A program made the translations under genes and the position numbers. The notes under the pieces are model-generated. The model ran no database searches and was not told the origin of the DNA. It saw nothing but the letters and a program-made list of their open reading frames with translations. Of a stretch of 64,000 nucleotides of DNA, positions 48,564 to 57,755 are shown piece by piece; positions within the stretch are counted from its first letter, which is position 1; each line of letters opens with the position of its first letter. The DNA comes from Candidatus Latescibacterota bacterium (lineage in GTDB: Bacteria; Krumholzibacteriota; Krumholzibacteriia; WVZY01; JAKEHA01), in contig OY970173.1 of assembly GCA_963707635.1 (NCBI GenBank), forward strand, positions 3,008,001-3,072,000. The letters are read 5' to 3'.

Positions 48564-49475
48564 CTAGAACCACGTCGCGCCGACGGTGACGACGACCACG
48601 ACGTGGATCGTGACCGCGATGAAGGCGGTGATCGCCACCGGCCGGTGGGCAGCGTGCCAGTGACGGAAGATCGAGTGGGTGGCGTTCAGGAGGCGCGTCT
48701 GCTGGTTCAGCGCCATTTCCCGGCGCGCGAGCGCCATGATCGCCCGCACGTGCTTTGCGTCGACGGTCCGCCCCGCGGCGAGCCGCGCGCGCAGCCGGCG
48801 TGCCGCCCGCGCACGCGCGATGTCGTCGCGAACCATCAACACGAACGCGCGCCCGATTCCCACGTTCGGAGGAACGGATTCCACGTTGAGAATCTCCTGC
48901 ACGTCGAGAACCGACAACCCGGACGCGTCCGCGATCTCGCCCAGCAGCGCGCGCTGGTGCGCGGCCACTTCGCCCAGCCCGAGCTCGACGCCGCCGCGGC
49001 TGCGCGGAATACGCACGTAGAGGTATCGTCCGACCACGCCGCTCGCGCACACGATGAGCATCGCGAAGTAGCCGAGACCGATCACGCCGCCGAAACGGAA
49101 GCTCGCGTGGATGGCGCCGACGAGTGGAAGCACCAGCCCCACACCGATGTGCACGTTGAGCCACCGCGGCACCGGGCCGACCCACTCGGGGGCGCGCCGG
49201 AGCTTCTTGCGCAGCGGAAAGAGCCACATGAAGAGAAACCCGAGAAACGTTACGACCCCGGCGGCCTGGCCGATGTATCCGGAGGGCCTAAACCAGGGAT
49301 GCAGGGCGTGGCGAAGCTGCTCCCCGCGCGGGAGGACATAGTAGGGTGCTCCGATGGCGGCAACGATCAGCAGGAGGACAACGGGAACAAGCACCATCCG
49401 GCCCGGGCTCGCGGTGCGCGAACTCGCAGCGGGTTTGGCGGTTACGGGCTTGGGCTTGGTCGCTGTCTGGGGCAC
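48564..49475 (-). CDS. Polytopic membrane protein with conserved His residues (cytochrome b / ferric-reductase-like)
   Basis: About 5-6 hydrophobic segments; WLNVHI..G, GAIHASF, SGVVGRYLY, WHAAHRP, TIHV. Confidence 0.75.
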   Translation of the reverse strand: MPQTATKPKPVTAKPAASSRTASPGRMVLVPVVLLLIVAAIGAPYYVLPRGEQLRHALHPWFRPSGYIGQAAGVVTFLGFLFMWLFPLRKKLRRAPEWVGPVPRWLNVHIGVGLVLPLVGAIHASFRFGGVIGLGYFAMLIVCASGVVGRYLYVRIPRSRGGVELGLGEVAAHQRALLGEIADASGLSVLDVQEILNVESVPPNVGIGRAFVLMVRDDIARARAARRLRARLAAGRTVDAKHVRAIMALARREMALNQQTRLLNATHSIFRHWHAAHRPVAITAFIAVTIHVVVVVTVGATWF

Positions 49476-49549
49476 GCTCGAACCAACCTGGGTGCGGCCG
49501 GGTTAGAAGAATCCCCAGCAACTACTGGGACAAACCACACCAGGGGAAG

Positions 49550-49564
49550 GCAACGCAAGTGCCA
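49550..49564 (-). promoter_or_regulatory. Sigma-54 promoter of the multiheme cytochrome operon
   Basis: Minus strand TGGCAC-TTGCG-TTGC is an exact TGGCAC-N5-TTGC consensus, 75 nt upstream of the first gene. Confidence 0.75.
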
Positions 49565-49706
49565 TGCCGCTAGCGGGTTAGACGCGGCACGCCTCAATAT
49601 TCCACAGCTGGCCTTCGAGCGCAACAAGAGTCTATCCGCAGGTGCCGGCCGGATTGCGTTGTGCGGGCGAAAACTGTGGCAGAATGGCTCGGCTGAGCCC
49701 GCGCGC

Positions 49707-50240
49707 CTAGACGAGGTACTTTTCCCGAATCACGCCCACGTGGTGACGCTCGTGCCCCGCGATGATGTGCGGGATCGCGCGCACGGTGATGGCATGTCCG
49801 GACGCGACCCCGGTCCGGCCCCACGCCGCCTCGTCGAACGCCTCGAACATCAGCGCGTTCGCGTGGCGCAGGTGCCGGTACTGTTCCATCAACGCGGACC
49901 ACGATTGGGCCGCGAAGTTGCCGGCCGCGATGAAGTCGTCCTGCTCCACCCCCGGGAGCGGCTGACCGAGGGCGCGCGCGAAGTGGAGCGCGCGGGAGGT
50001 GAACACCCATTCCATATCGACCACGTGGCCGAGAACTTCCTTGAGTGTCCATTTTCCCGGGGCGTAACGGTACTCGATGCGGTCGTTGGGGATCAGCTGG
50101 AGAAACGCGCTCGTCGACACCAACTGATCGCGCAGGATCGCGACAATGTCACCGTCGGGGACGAGACTTACATAGCGGTCGTAGTATTCATAGTATTCGC
50201 TGCGGTCCGGGCGCCGTCGGGTCGTGGCTGGATGCGGCAT
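49707..50240 (-). CDS. DinB family protein
   Basis: YRYAPGKWTLKEVLGH..D.E and IAGHERHH metal-binding His residues. Confidence 0.92.
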   Translation of the reverse strand: MPHPATTRRRPDRSEYYEYYDRYVSLVPDGDIVAILRDQLVSTSAFLQLIPNDRIEYRYAPGKWTLKEVLGHVVDMEWVFTSRALHFARALGQPLPGVEQDDFIAAGNFAAQSWSALMEQYRHLRHANALMFEAFDEAAWGRTGVASGHAITVRAIPHIIAGHERHHVGVIREKYLV

Positions 50241-50299
50241 GGGTCCTCCTTCACGTCGGGCCGGTGTTCACGTACGAGAAAATAGGGTAAAATACCGGC

Positions 50300-50584
50300 A
50301 TGTGCAGAAACATCCGTCCCCTTTTCAACTTCGAACCGCCCGCGACCGAAGACGAGATCCGCGCCGCGTCGCTCCAGTTCGTGCGCAAGATCAGCGGGTG
50401 TCACAAGCCCGCGCACGCCAACGAAGAGGCCTTCCACCGCGCGGTGGAAGACGTCGCCGCCGTCGCGCAGAAACTGATCGGATCGCTCGTGACGGTGGCG
50501 CCTCCGCGCAGCCGCGACGTGGAAGCGGCGAAGGCGCGGGCGCGCGCCGCGGAGCGCTTCGGAAGGAAACCGGGCGAGGCGTGA
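50300..50584 (+). CDS. DUF2277 family protein
   Basis: MCRNIRPLFNFEPPATEDEIRAASLQFVRKISG. Confidence 0.9.
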   Translation: MCRNIRPLFNFEPPATEDEIRAASLQFVRKISGCHKPAHANEEAFHRAVEDVAAVAQKLIGSLVTVAPPRSRDVEAAKARARAAERFGRKPGEA

Positions 50585-50593
50585 CGCGTCGGC

Positions 50594-51067
50594 CTACGCG
50601 CCCGCCGGTCCTTTCATGATTGCTTCGAAGCGGCGGCTCATTTCCGCCTCGGAAACGTCCTCCTTGTGGGTGGCGATCGTCCACACGTGTCCGAAGGGGT
50701 CCTGCAGCGTCGCCGACCGGTCGCCGTAGAACTGGTCTTCGAGCGGGCGCGACACGCTCGCGCCGGCAGCGATCGCCTGCTTGAAGCGCGCGTCGACGTC
50801 GTCGACGTAGAGCAGGATGCTTATCGCCGTGCCGCCCAGCGATTGCGGTCCCACGAATCCCATGTCGGGCATCTCGTCGGCGAGCATCACGAACGAATTC
50901 CCGAACTTCAGCTCCGCGTGCATCACCTTCCCGCCGGGCCCGTCCATGCGCGTGCGCGGCTCGGCACCGAACGCCTTCTGATAGAAATCGATCGCGCTCG
51001 CCGCGTCGCGGACGATCAAGTACGGTGTGACGGAGTGGTATCCGTCGGGAATGGGCTTCACGGCCAT
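50594..51067 (-). CDS. VOC/glyoxalase (PhnB-like) protein
   Basis: GYHSVTPYL, AIDFYQKAFGA, MHAEL, QFYGDR, DPFGHVW. Confidence 0.93.
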   Translation of the reverse strand: MAVKPIPDGYHSVTPYLIVRDAASAIDFYQKAFGAEPRTRMDGPGGKVMHAELKFGNSFVMLADEMPDMGFVGPQSLGGTAISILLYVDDVDARFKQAIAAGASVSRPLEDQFYGDRSATLQDPFGHVWTIATHKEDVSEAEMSRRFEAIMKGPAGA

Positions 51068-51140
51068 GGCAGGTTCCTTTCCGCCGGCGCCCGGCGCGCG
51101 CGACGACCGGAGTGTATCACGTTTCCAACCAGTGCTCTCG

Positions 51141-51659
51141 CTAGCGCGACTTGACGACCTCGACCTCCACAGGCTCCATCATCGGGACCACGCGCCCGTC
51201 GGCGTCGACAAACCCCGCCGTCACCCGGTAGGTCCCCGGCGCCAGGTTCTCCGCGCCGAAGTAATGGTCGCGCCCGCTCCAGTTGCGCATGATCATGCGC
51301 AGCTCGCCGGGTTCGAGGCGCAGCTCGGTCTTCTCGGGAAGGCATTCGCGCACCGGCCCCACACGCTGCCCGTCCAGCGTCGTGACCTCGTAGTCCCATA
51401 CGCAGGAGGTGGGACAGTCGCGCTGGAATTTCTTCTCCCCCTCGTTGAACAGGCTCGCCTCGAGGGCGACGCGCTCGCCGACCGCAAAACGCGCCGGCGT
51501 GATCGTGATGAGAAACTTGAGTCCCTCCGGGGCGGCTACCACCGTTTCGCCCGACGGCGCAACTTCGCCGGGCCCGCGTTTCCCGCGGGCCGCACACCCG
51601 TCCAGCGCGGCGATGGCCGCCGCCAGCAAGAGAAATTGCAGGGCATGCCGGAGTTTCAT
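51141..51659 (-). CDS. Lipoprotein with BsuPI-like (proteinase inhibitor-like) Ig domain
   Basis: Lipobox LDGC; N.GEK, L.PGE...NW and LAPGTY pattern. ATGA overlap with the upstream gene. Confidence 0.6.
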   Translation of the reverse strand: MKLRHALQFLLLAAAIAALDGCAARGKRGPGEVAPSGETVVAAPEGLKFLITITPARFAVGERVALEASLFNEGEKKFQRDCPTSCVWDYEVTTLDGQRVGPVRECLPEKTELRLEPGELRMIMRNWSGRDHYFGAENLAPGTYRVTAGFVDADGRVVPMMEPVEVEVVKSR

Positions 51660-52585
51660 GGCATCCATACCAGCGCCACGCGCGCGGCGGCCTTTTCGTC
51701 CTGTATGCCGTAGAGGTCCTCGAACACGGGCAACTGGATCTGGCCGCGCAGATGCACTACGGGGGCGATCCGCCAGCGCAGGCCGGGCGAGAAGTACACG
51801 ACCGTCCCCCCGCTGTTGGGGTCGGAGACGCCCTCGTGGGTGTCGTAGTCGGCCCAGCGTCCGTTGATCTCTCCGATGGCGTCGACCGGGCCTGTCACCG
51901 TCCGCTGCGCGCCGAAGTTGAATCGGAACACGTCGCCGAATTGAAACTCCTGCGCGTTGGTGTCGTTCCACTGGTAGCTGGCTCCTGCGAACAACGGCAC
52001 GCCGGCGGCGAGTGTCGCCTGCAATCCTCCGATGGCCGACCACGCGCCCGTGCCGGGCTGCAGGTGCGGATCAATCGCGCCGAGCTCGTCGGGCACCTGG
52101 GAATCTCCGGTCGGTGCCCGGATGTCCGCCGTCGCATGGAGCGCCAGCCGCGCGGCCCACACCTCCGCGAGCATGGCCACCGCCGTCACATCGAGATCAC
52201 CAATGCCCTCGACGCTGCCCGTCACTCCCTCCAGCGTCTGCTCCTTGAACACGTACGGCAGGGACGCCATGAACGTCACCCGCTGCGCGAGCCCGTACTG
52301 CGCCGTGAACCGGACGTCGTTCTCGACCCGCGACACCATCGCGACCGTCGTCGCCGCCTGTCCGGGATGGACGTGGGGGGCGGATTCGTTGCTCATGTTC
52401 AGGTAATCGACCGACACCAGCACACGGTGCATGGCCAGCAGTCGCGCGTCGTTGATAAAGAACGTGGCGTCCCCGCACGGGCAGTTCGAACAGCCCGCCC
52501 GGGCTGGACCTGCGTGCAGGAGGGCTGACAACGTGGCCGTCGCGACCATCGTATTCCAGTCGAAGAAATGCGGGAAAGAGCGCAT
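51656..52585 (-). CDS. Outer-membrane 'transporter' beta-barrel (Phenol_MetA_deg-like)
   Basis: Signal peptide, SLPYV, GIGD, APTG, LQPGTGAW, YFSPGL. Confidence 0.75.
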   Translation of the reverse strand: MRSFPHFFDWNTMVATATLSALLHAGPARAGCSNCPCGDATFFINDARLLAMHRVLVSVDYLNMSNESAPHVHPGQAATTVAMVSRVENDVRFTAQYGLAQRVTFMASLPYVFKEQTLEGVTGSVEGIGDLDVTAVAMLAEVWAARLALHATADIRAPTGDSQVPDELGAIDPHLQPGTGAWSAIGGLQATLAAGVPLFAGASYQWNDTNAQEFQFGDVFRFNFGAQRTVTGPVDAIGEINGRWADYDTHEGVSDPNSGGTVVYFSPGLRWRIAPVVHLRGQIQLPVFEDLYGIQDEKAAARVALVWMP

Positions 52586-52653
52586 GGGAGAATCCGCGAA
52601 GGGTAGCACAGGGCCGTCCGTCGGGCAATTTCTGGGCGCGTCCGCGCGGGCGG

Positions 52654-53766
52654 TTACGCGGACTGCTTCGCGCTCACCTGCGAGGCGAAGACCGCTTCGG
52701 TCCGATCGAGCATCCGCTTGAGTGTAAATTGCTCGAGAACTACTTCCCGTCCCCGCCGACCCATCGCGGCGCCCCGCGAGGGATCCAGCAGGATCGCCGT
52801 GATCGCGTCGGCCAGCTGATCGGGCCGATGGACGTCGACGAGCCGCCCCGTCTCCCCGTCCCGAACGATCTCGGGGATGCTGCTCACGTTCGTGGCCACG
52901 ACCGGCTTGCCGGCGGCCATCGCCTCGACCAGGACGTAACCGAACCCTTCTACGATCGACGGCAGCACCAGCACGTCGACGGCTTTCATCACGGATGGAA
53001 CGTCGCGACGGAAGCCTGCGATCACGACGCTTCGCTCCAGGCGCAGCTCGCGCGTCTTCGTCTTCAGAAACTCGAGGAGAGCCCCTTCGCCGACAAAAAG
53101 GAATCTCGCGCCGGGCACACGCTCCAGCACCCGCGGCATGCACGCCACGATATCGGGGATGCCCTTGCGCTCGATGATCTGGCCGACGAACCCGGCCACC
53201 GGCGCGTCCACCGGAATCCCCAGCTCACGACGGAGCGCCGCGCCTTCTTCGGGGCGATCGAGATACGGAGCAGGGTCGATTCCCTTGTAGACCACCTCGA
53301 CGCGGTCGGCGCTGAGCCACGGCGCGCTGCCAAGGAGAGTTCGTTTGGTGGCCTCCGAGTTCGCGAGCACGCGGTCGGCGAGAATATTGTACGTGAACCG
53401 GTAGCGCAGCTTGTTCTTGAGCGGATAGTCCACTTCGCGCGACGGAACCACCGCCACGTTGCCGGCGAACCTCGCCGCCAGCCCGCCGAAGCGCAGTTCC
53501 TTGTCCATGTTCGTGCACACGAGCTGAATGCGGCGCCGGCGGATGAGCCGGAGCACGTTGCCCACCACCAGCGGGTCGAAATCGCTCCGCATCGACATCG
53601 TGACCACGTCCAAGCGCTCGGCGCGGGCCCGCTCGGCGAGGATGGTGCCGGGGCGGCAGACCAGCGCCACCTCGTGACCACGGCATTCGAGGCCGTGCAT
53701 CACGTCCATGAGCCAGACTTCGGCGCCACCCCACATCTGGATGGAATTGATGAAGAGAATTCGCAC
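52654..53766 (-). CDS. GT4 glycosyltransferase
   Basis: WGGAE, RKG, PSIVEGFGYVLVEAMAAGKPVV. Confidence 0.93.
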   Translation of the reverse strand: MRILFINSIQMWGGAEVWLMDVMHGLECRGHEVALVCRPGTILAERARAERLDVVTMSMRSDFDPLVVGNVLRLIRRRRIQLVCTNMDKELRFGGLAARFAGNVAVVPSREVDYPLKNKLRYRFTYNILADRVLANSEATKRTLLGSAPWLSADRVEVVYKGIDPAPYLDRPEEGAALRRELGIPVDAPVAGFVGQIIERKGIPDIVACMPRVLERVPGARFLFVGEGALLEFLKTKTRELRLERSVVIAGFRRDVPSVMKAVDVLVLPSIVEGFGYVLVEAMAAGKPVVATNVSSIPEIVRDGETGRLVDVHRPDQLADAITAILLDPSRGAAMGRRGREVVLEQFTLKRMLDRTEAVFASQVSAKQSA

Positions 53767-53870
53767 GCGAGGAGGATCGATGCGGCGAGCTGCTCGGCGA
53801 AGGAACCTCTGCTAAGAGAAAACCGGAGCGCCCGCATTCGGGCACTCCGGTCGTCCTCGACGTTACAAAC

Positions 53871-54527
53871 TCAGTACGTCGCGCCGGCGTCGACTCGGAT
53901 GATATCGAATCCGTCGGTCGTGGCGTCGTTGATAAAGTCCTTCTCGTAGCCGATGCGCAGGAAGAACGACGGGTTCACTTCCAGACGCAACCCGGCGCCC
54001 ACCGCGTACGACGCCTCGTCGGTGCCATAGGTGCTTGCGTACGTGTCGCAGACGTAGCCCCACCACGGATCCCACCAGCACCCGGTCTGGTAGCTGGCGG
54101 CGATGTTGGTGTCGATCATCGTCCAACCGAGCATGCCGTTGACGTACGGCGTAAAGCGCTTGGGCAGGATGTTCCATTCCGCCGTCAGCGCAAACGTACC
54201 CGTATCCAGCCAGCTGCCGTAATAGGCGAGGACGGTGGGATCCGTCGCGTCGACGACAGTGGCGTTGTAACTGATCGAGCGCCAACTCATCAGCATGCCG
54301 ATGTTGAAGCGCTCGTTTGCGTTGTAGCCGAACCCGAAGCCCCAGCCCAGGTCGTCGTCGAGCGAAAGGCTGGCGCCATGCTCCCCTTCGTAAACGTGCG
54401 AATCGGTGTAGCGCGTCTGGATACTGAAATCCCAGTGGCGTGCCCGACCCGTATAGGTGTTTTCCGCCTGCGCGGTGCCTGTCAGGGCCATGACGAACGC
54501 CGCAGCGGCCATAAAGCGATACCTCAT
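53871..54527 (-). CDS. Outer-membrane beta-barrel protein
   Basis: Signal peptide, GWGFGFGYN, TPYV..MLGW, CWWDPWWGYVC loop, C-terminal Tyr. Confidence 0.75.
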   Translation of the reverse strand: MRYRFMAAAAFVMALTGTAQAENTYTGRARHWDFSIQTRYTDSHVYEGEHGASLSLDDDLGWGFGFGYNANERFNIGMLMSWRSISYNATVVDATDPTVLAYYGSWLDTGTFALTAEWNILPKRFTPYVNGMLGWTMIDTNIAASYQTGCWWDPWWGYVCDTYASTYGTDEASYAVGAGLRLEVNPSFFLRIGYEKDFINDATTDGFDIIRVDAGATY

Positions 54528-54636
54528 CCAGCGACCTCCTGCTTTTCTACTTCTCGACGCGCGGACCACCATGACCGAGCGTGTTCGAATCCGGGGAGGT
54601 TACCACACCCGGCCACTCGCGTCGCGCAGATTTCGC

Positions 54637-55407
54637 CTACTTGCTGACCTCCGCGAGAAAATCCAGCGCGGTCGCCCACGAGCGCCTGTCCGCCTTCGCG
54701 TTGTAGGCGAGCGGCGGCATGCCGTACTTGTCCGCACCCGGATTCGTGAAGCTGTGCTTCGCGTTTGCGTACGCGATGAACTCCCAGTCCGCGCCCGCGG
54801 CCGCCAGGTTCTTCTGGAAGGTCTGGACCTGGTCCGCCGACACAAAACTATCGGCCGCGCCGTTGCAGGCCAGGATGCTCGCGACGATCTTCCCCGCCGG
54901 CGCCTCCTGGGGAAGGTTCCCGTGAAAGCTCACCACGCCGTCCAGGTCCGTGCCCGCGAACGCCATCGTGAGCACCACCCCGCCGCCGAAACAGTACCCG
55001 ATCGCCGAAATGTGGGCTGCGTCGACGAGCGGGTTGGCCTTGAGCAGCTTGTACGCCGCCATGAAGCGCTCCTCGCCGACTTTCTCGTTCGCGCGGATCG
55101 CCGTGGCCCACGCGCCGGCGTCCTCGGGATGCTCGGTGAACTTCCCGTCGCCGTACATGTCGAGCGCGAACGCGACGTAGCCCGCCTCGGCCAGCATCTT
55201 CGCGCGCGTCTTGGCGTAGTCGTTCAGGCCCCACCATTCGTGGACGACGAGCACGCCCGGGCGCTTGCCGTTGACCGCCGTGTCGTACGCGATCTGGCCG
55301 CGCAGCGTCGTGTCGCCCTGCTTGTACTCGAGCGGCTCGAGTTTGATCTCCGCGTGCGCGGCCGAAACCAGAACCGCCATGAAAACCTGCAGCCAGAGTG
55401 CCTTCAC
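54637..55407 (-). CDS. Dienelactone hydrolase family protein, exported
   Basis: HEWWGLN, GYCFGG (nucleophile Cys), HSFTNP. GGAGG RBS before GTG. Confidence 0.93.
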   Translation of the reverse strand: MKALWLQVFMAVLVSAAHAEIKLEPLEYKQGDTTLRGQIAYDTAVNGKRPGVLVVHEWWGLNDYAKTRAKMLAEAGYVAFALDMYGDGKFTEHPEDAGAWATAIRANEKVGEERFMAAYKLLKANPLVDAAHISAIGYCFGGGVVLTMAFAGTDLDGVVSFHGNLPQEAPAGKIVASILACNGAADSFVSADQVQTFQKNLAAAGADWEFIAYANAKHSFTNPGADKYGMPPLAYNAKADRRSWATALDFLAEVSK

Positions 55408-55463
55408 GAAAAACCTCCTGGATGAGTGAACCGGTGCCGACGAAGCATGCGGCAGGCGCCGCC

Positions 55464-56504
55464 CTAGAAGAATACCTTGGCCAGCCGCAGCGCGCCCTGC
55501 GCCCAGGGTACCCGGTGGGTGACGCCGGACTGCCCGGACAGGCAATCCACGTTCTCCAGGTACCACTGATAGTTGCGAATCAGCGCCTCGCGGTTCGAAT
55601 ATTTCGGGACGAACCCGAGCTTCGCTTCCGCCTTGGCGATGGAAACGAACGATTCCTTGCCCACGGTCTCGTATATCCATTTGTATAGCGGCGACAGGTG
55701 GAGCGCTTCGAGGAGGCGCAGCATCAGGATCGCCGGTTTCTCGGGGAGCGACACGATTCGCTTGCCGTGGCCGGCGTAGTCGAGCACCGCCTGAAAGTCC
55801 GAGCGCGGCGTCCCGAATTCCCTGGCGCCGATGTTGAAGGTGTCGTTCACGACGTCATCGGGGAGCGTGCAGCAGCGCCATATCGCTTCGCACAGGTCCT
55901 CCACGTCGAGGTACTGGTACGGATTGTCACCGCGGCCGAGGATGGGGAAGTTGTGGCCGTCCTTGGCCCACTCATAGAAGAGCGCAAAGACGCCCAGCCG
56001 CTCGGGGCCGATGAACGACTTCGGGCGGATGATGGGGATGATCATCCCGTCGCGGCGGGCCTGCTCGCACAACCGCTCGGCCGCCACCTTCGCTTCGCCG
56101 TAGGGCCCCACGCCGTACATCGCGTCGTCCTCGAGCAGCGGATGGTGGTCGGGGATCCCGTAAACCGCCGTGGAGGAAACGTGGACCACGCGCCGAATTC
56201 CGGCGCGCTTCGCTTCATCCAGCACCGTGCGGGTTCCGTCGATATCGGTCGAGTAGATGTCGGCGGGCTTGTACAGGGGGAGCGCGGCGGCGGCGTGCAC
56301 CACCACATCCACCCCCGCCAGCGCGCGCCTCACGTCGTCCGCCTTGCGGATGTCGCCGCGAACGGCGGTGATCTTGTCGCGCGCGTCGGCGTAGTCGAAG
56401 GGCGCGAGGTCGAGCGAGACTACGCGCTGCTCCCGCGCCAGCAGGTAGCGCACCAGGTTGATGCCGAGAAATCCCGCGCCGCCGGTGATGAGAACAGTCT
56501 TCAT
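55464..56504 (-). CDS. NAD-dependent epimerase/dehydratase
   Basis: [20 protein letters not shown] (YxxxK). Confidence 0.92.
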   Translation of the reverse strand: MKTVLITGGAGFLGINLVRYLLAREQRVVSLDLAPFDYADARDKITAVRGDIRKADDVRRALAGVDVVVHAAAALPLYKPADIYSTDIDGTRTVLDEAKRAGIRRVVHVSSTAVYGIPDHHPLLEDDAMYGVGPYGEAKVAAERLCEQARRDGMIIPIIRPKSFIGPERLGVFALFYEWAKDGHNFPILGRGDNPYQYLDVEDLCEAIWRCCTLPDDVVNDTFNIGAREFGTPRSDFQAVLDYAGHGKRIVSLPEKPAILMLRLLEALHLSPLYKWIYETVGKESFVSIAKAEAKLGFVPKYSNREALIRNYQWYLENVDCLSGQSGVTHRVPWAQGALRLAKVFF

Positions 56505-57100
56505 TCCACCGTTCCCCGGATGTTCCAGTTAATGCTGACCGGGAATCGCTGGCTCAGCGGCATCCACTGTCCGTCGGCGGACGAATAGAGCCAGTCTCCA
56601 TCCTGGACCGCCGGCCCCGGGTCACACCCGACGGTCGGCTGGCCGACCGCATTCGTGAACTCCACGCAGATCCACAGGTCGGTGCTGGCCAGCGTCACCG
56701 GCTGCGCCAGCTTGTGTGCGTTCCACTGCCGGGCCTGCGCGTCGCTGGTAACGTCCGCCGCGTACAACGTCGCGCCGGGTTCGCTCGCACTCGACGGTCC
56801 GTAGACCTTGACCGAGCACAACTCCGCCGGCGTGAAGATGAAGTACTGCACCTCGGTCAGTTTTTGACCGGCGAGACTGCCGATCTGCGTGCTGGTGAAG
56901 CGGGCGCCCGCCTCGTAGGCACCCGCCGCCAGGTTCGGCGCCGACAGATTCCCGGCGTCGTAGTGCAGCGTGCCCGGCGGCAGCGGGCCGGGATCGACCG
57001 GGTCCTTCTTCTTCTCCTCGTCGCAGCTCGCGAGGCAGACGGCGAGCACAGCCACGCCCAGCGCACGGGCCGCGCCCACGAAATGCCGGCGTCCGATCAT
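56501..57100 (-). CDS. Hypothetical lipoprotein
   Basis: Lipobox CLASC; LHYD...WN...NWNIRG beta-rich domain. Overlaps both neighbours. Confidence 0.65.
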   Translation of the reverse strand: MIGRRHFVGAARALGVAVLAVCLASCDEEKKKDPVDPGPLPPGTLHYDAGNLSAPNLAAGAYEAGARFTSTQIGSLAGQKLTEVQYFIFTPAELCSVKVYGPSSASEPGATLYAADVTSDAQARQWNAHKLAQPVTLASTDLWICVEFTNAVGQPTVGCDPGPAVQDGDWLYSSADGQWMPLSQRFPVSINWNIRGTVE

Positions 57101-57660
57101 CAACGCGGCCACAGCCACCCGAATGTCCCCGCCGTCAGGGCCCCGTAGACGAGGCCGTCGCCCATCATCTTGAGCGTCGTGCCCCAGTTGAGCTTGTGCC
57201 AGATCGAGTTCTGCAGCAGCGCCAGCGAGTAGCCTGTAAACGCCGTGGCTCCCGCGAAGCGGAACACGGGGAGGTAACCGGCGCCGGGCTCGAGCGCATG
57301 TCCCGTTATGTAGGCCGCGAAGTAACCCACCAGCACCGAGTAGAGAAACCAGAGAAACAGACTCTTCCCCATCTTATACGGACCGTTGGGGATCACGGTC
57401 ATGAGCGCGACCGGCCCCTTGGTCCGCTTCTCGATGTACTCGGGTGTCTTCATCTCCGCCATCGACTTGGGGCATGGAAAGGCGTAGTCGCCCGGAGGGA
57501 TGTTGAAGGGGCGAAGCGCCGCCATGATCTCGGCCTCTTTCTCCAGCTTGCGCATGTCATTCTTGTGGATCGGCAGCATCATGTGAATGACGAAGCTCAT
57601 CAGGAACACGAACACTGCCGACAGCAGAATGGGAATCCAGAGTGACGTCGCGGACACCAT
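57100..57660 (-). CDS. Conserved hypothetical membrane protein
   Basis: AAGGAGG RBS; LWIPILLSAVFVF..S...HM..P.H, PG.Y.FP, GWLWP; about 4-5 TM helices. Confidence 0.8.
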   Translation of the reverse strand: MVSATSLWIPILLSAVFVFLMSFVIHMMLPIHKNDMRKLEKEAEIMAALRPFNIPPGDYAFPCPKSMAEMKTPEYIEKRTKGPVALMTVIPNGPYKMGKSLFLWFLYSVLVGYFAAYITGHALEPGAGYLPVFRFAGATAFTGYSLALLQNSIWHKLNWGTTLKMMGDGLVYGALTAGTFGWLWPR

Positions 57661-57755
57661 GCTCAACCTCCTTGCTGGGGGGAACTACGCCGATCGAGCG
57701 GCGTTTACGGGAGCATAATCGTTCGGCGGGGACCACGGCAACCCCGGCGCCCGAA

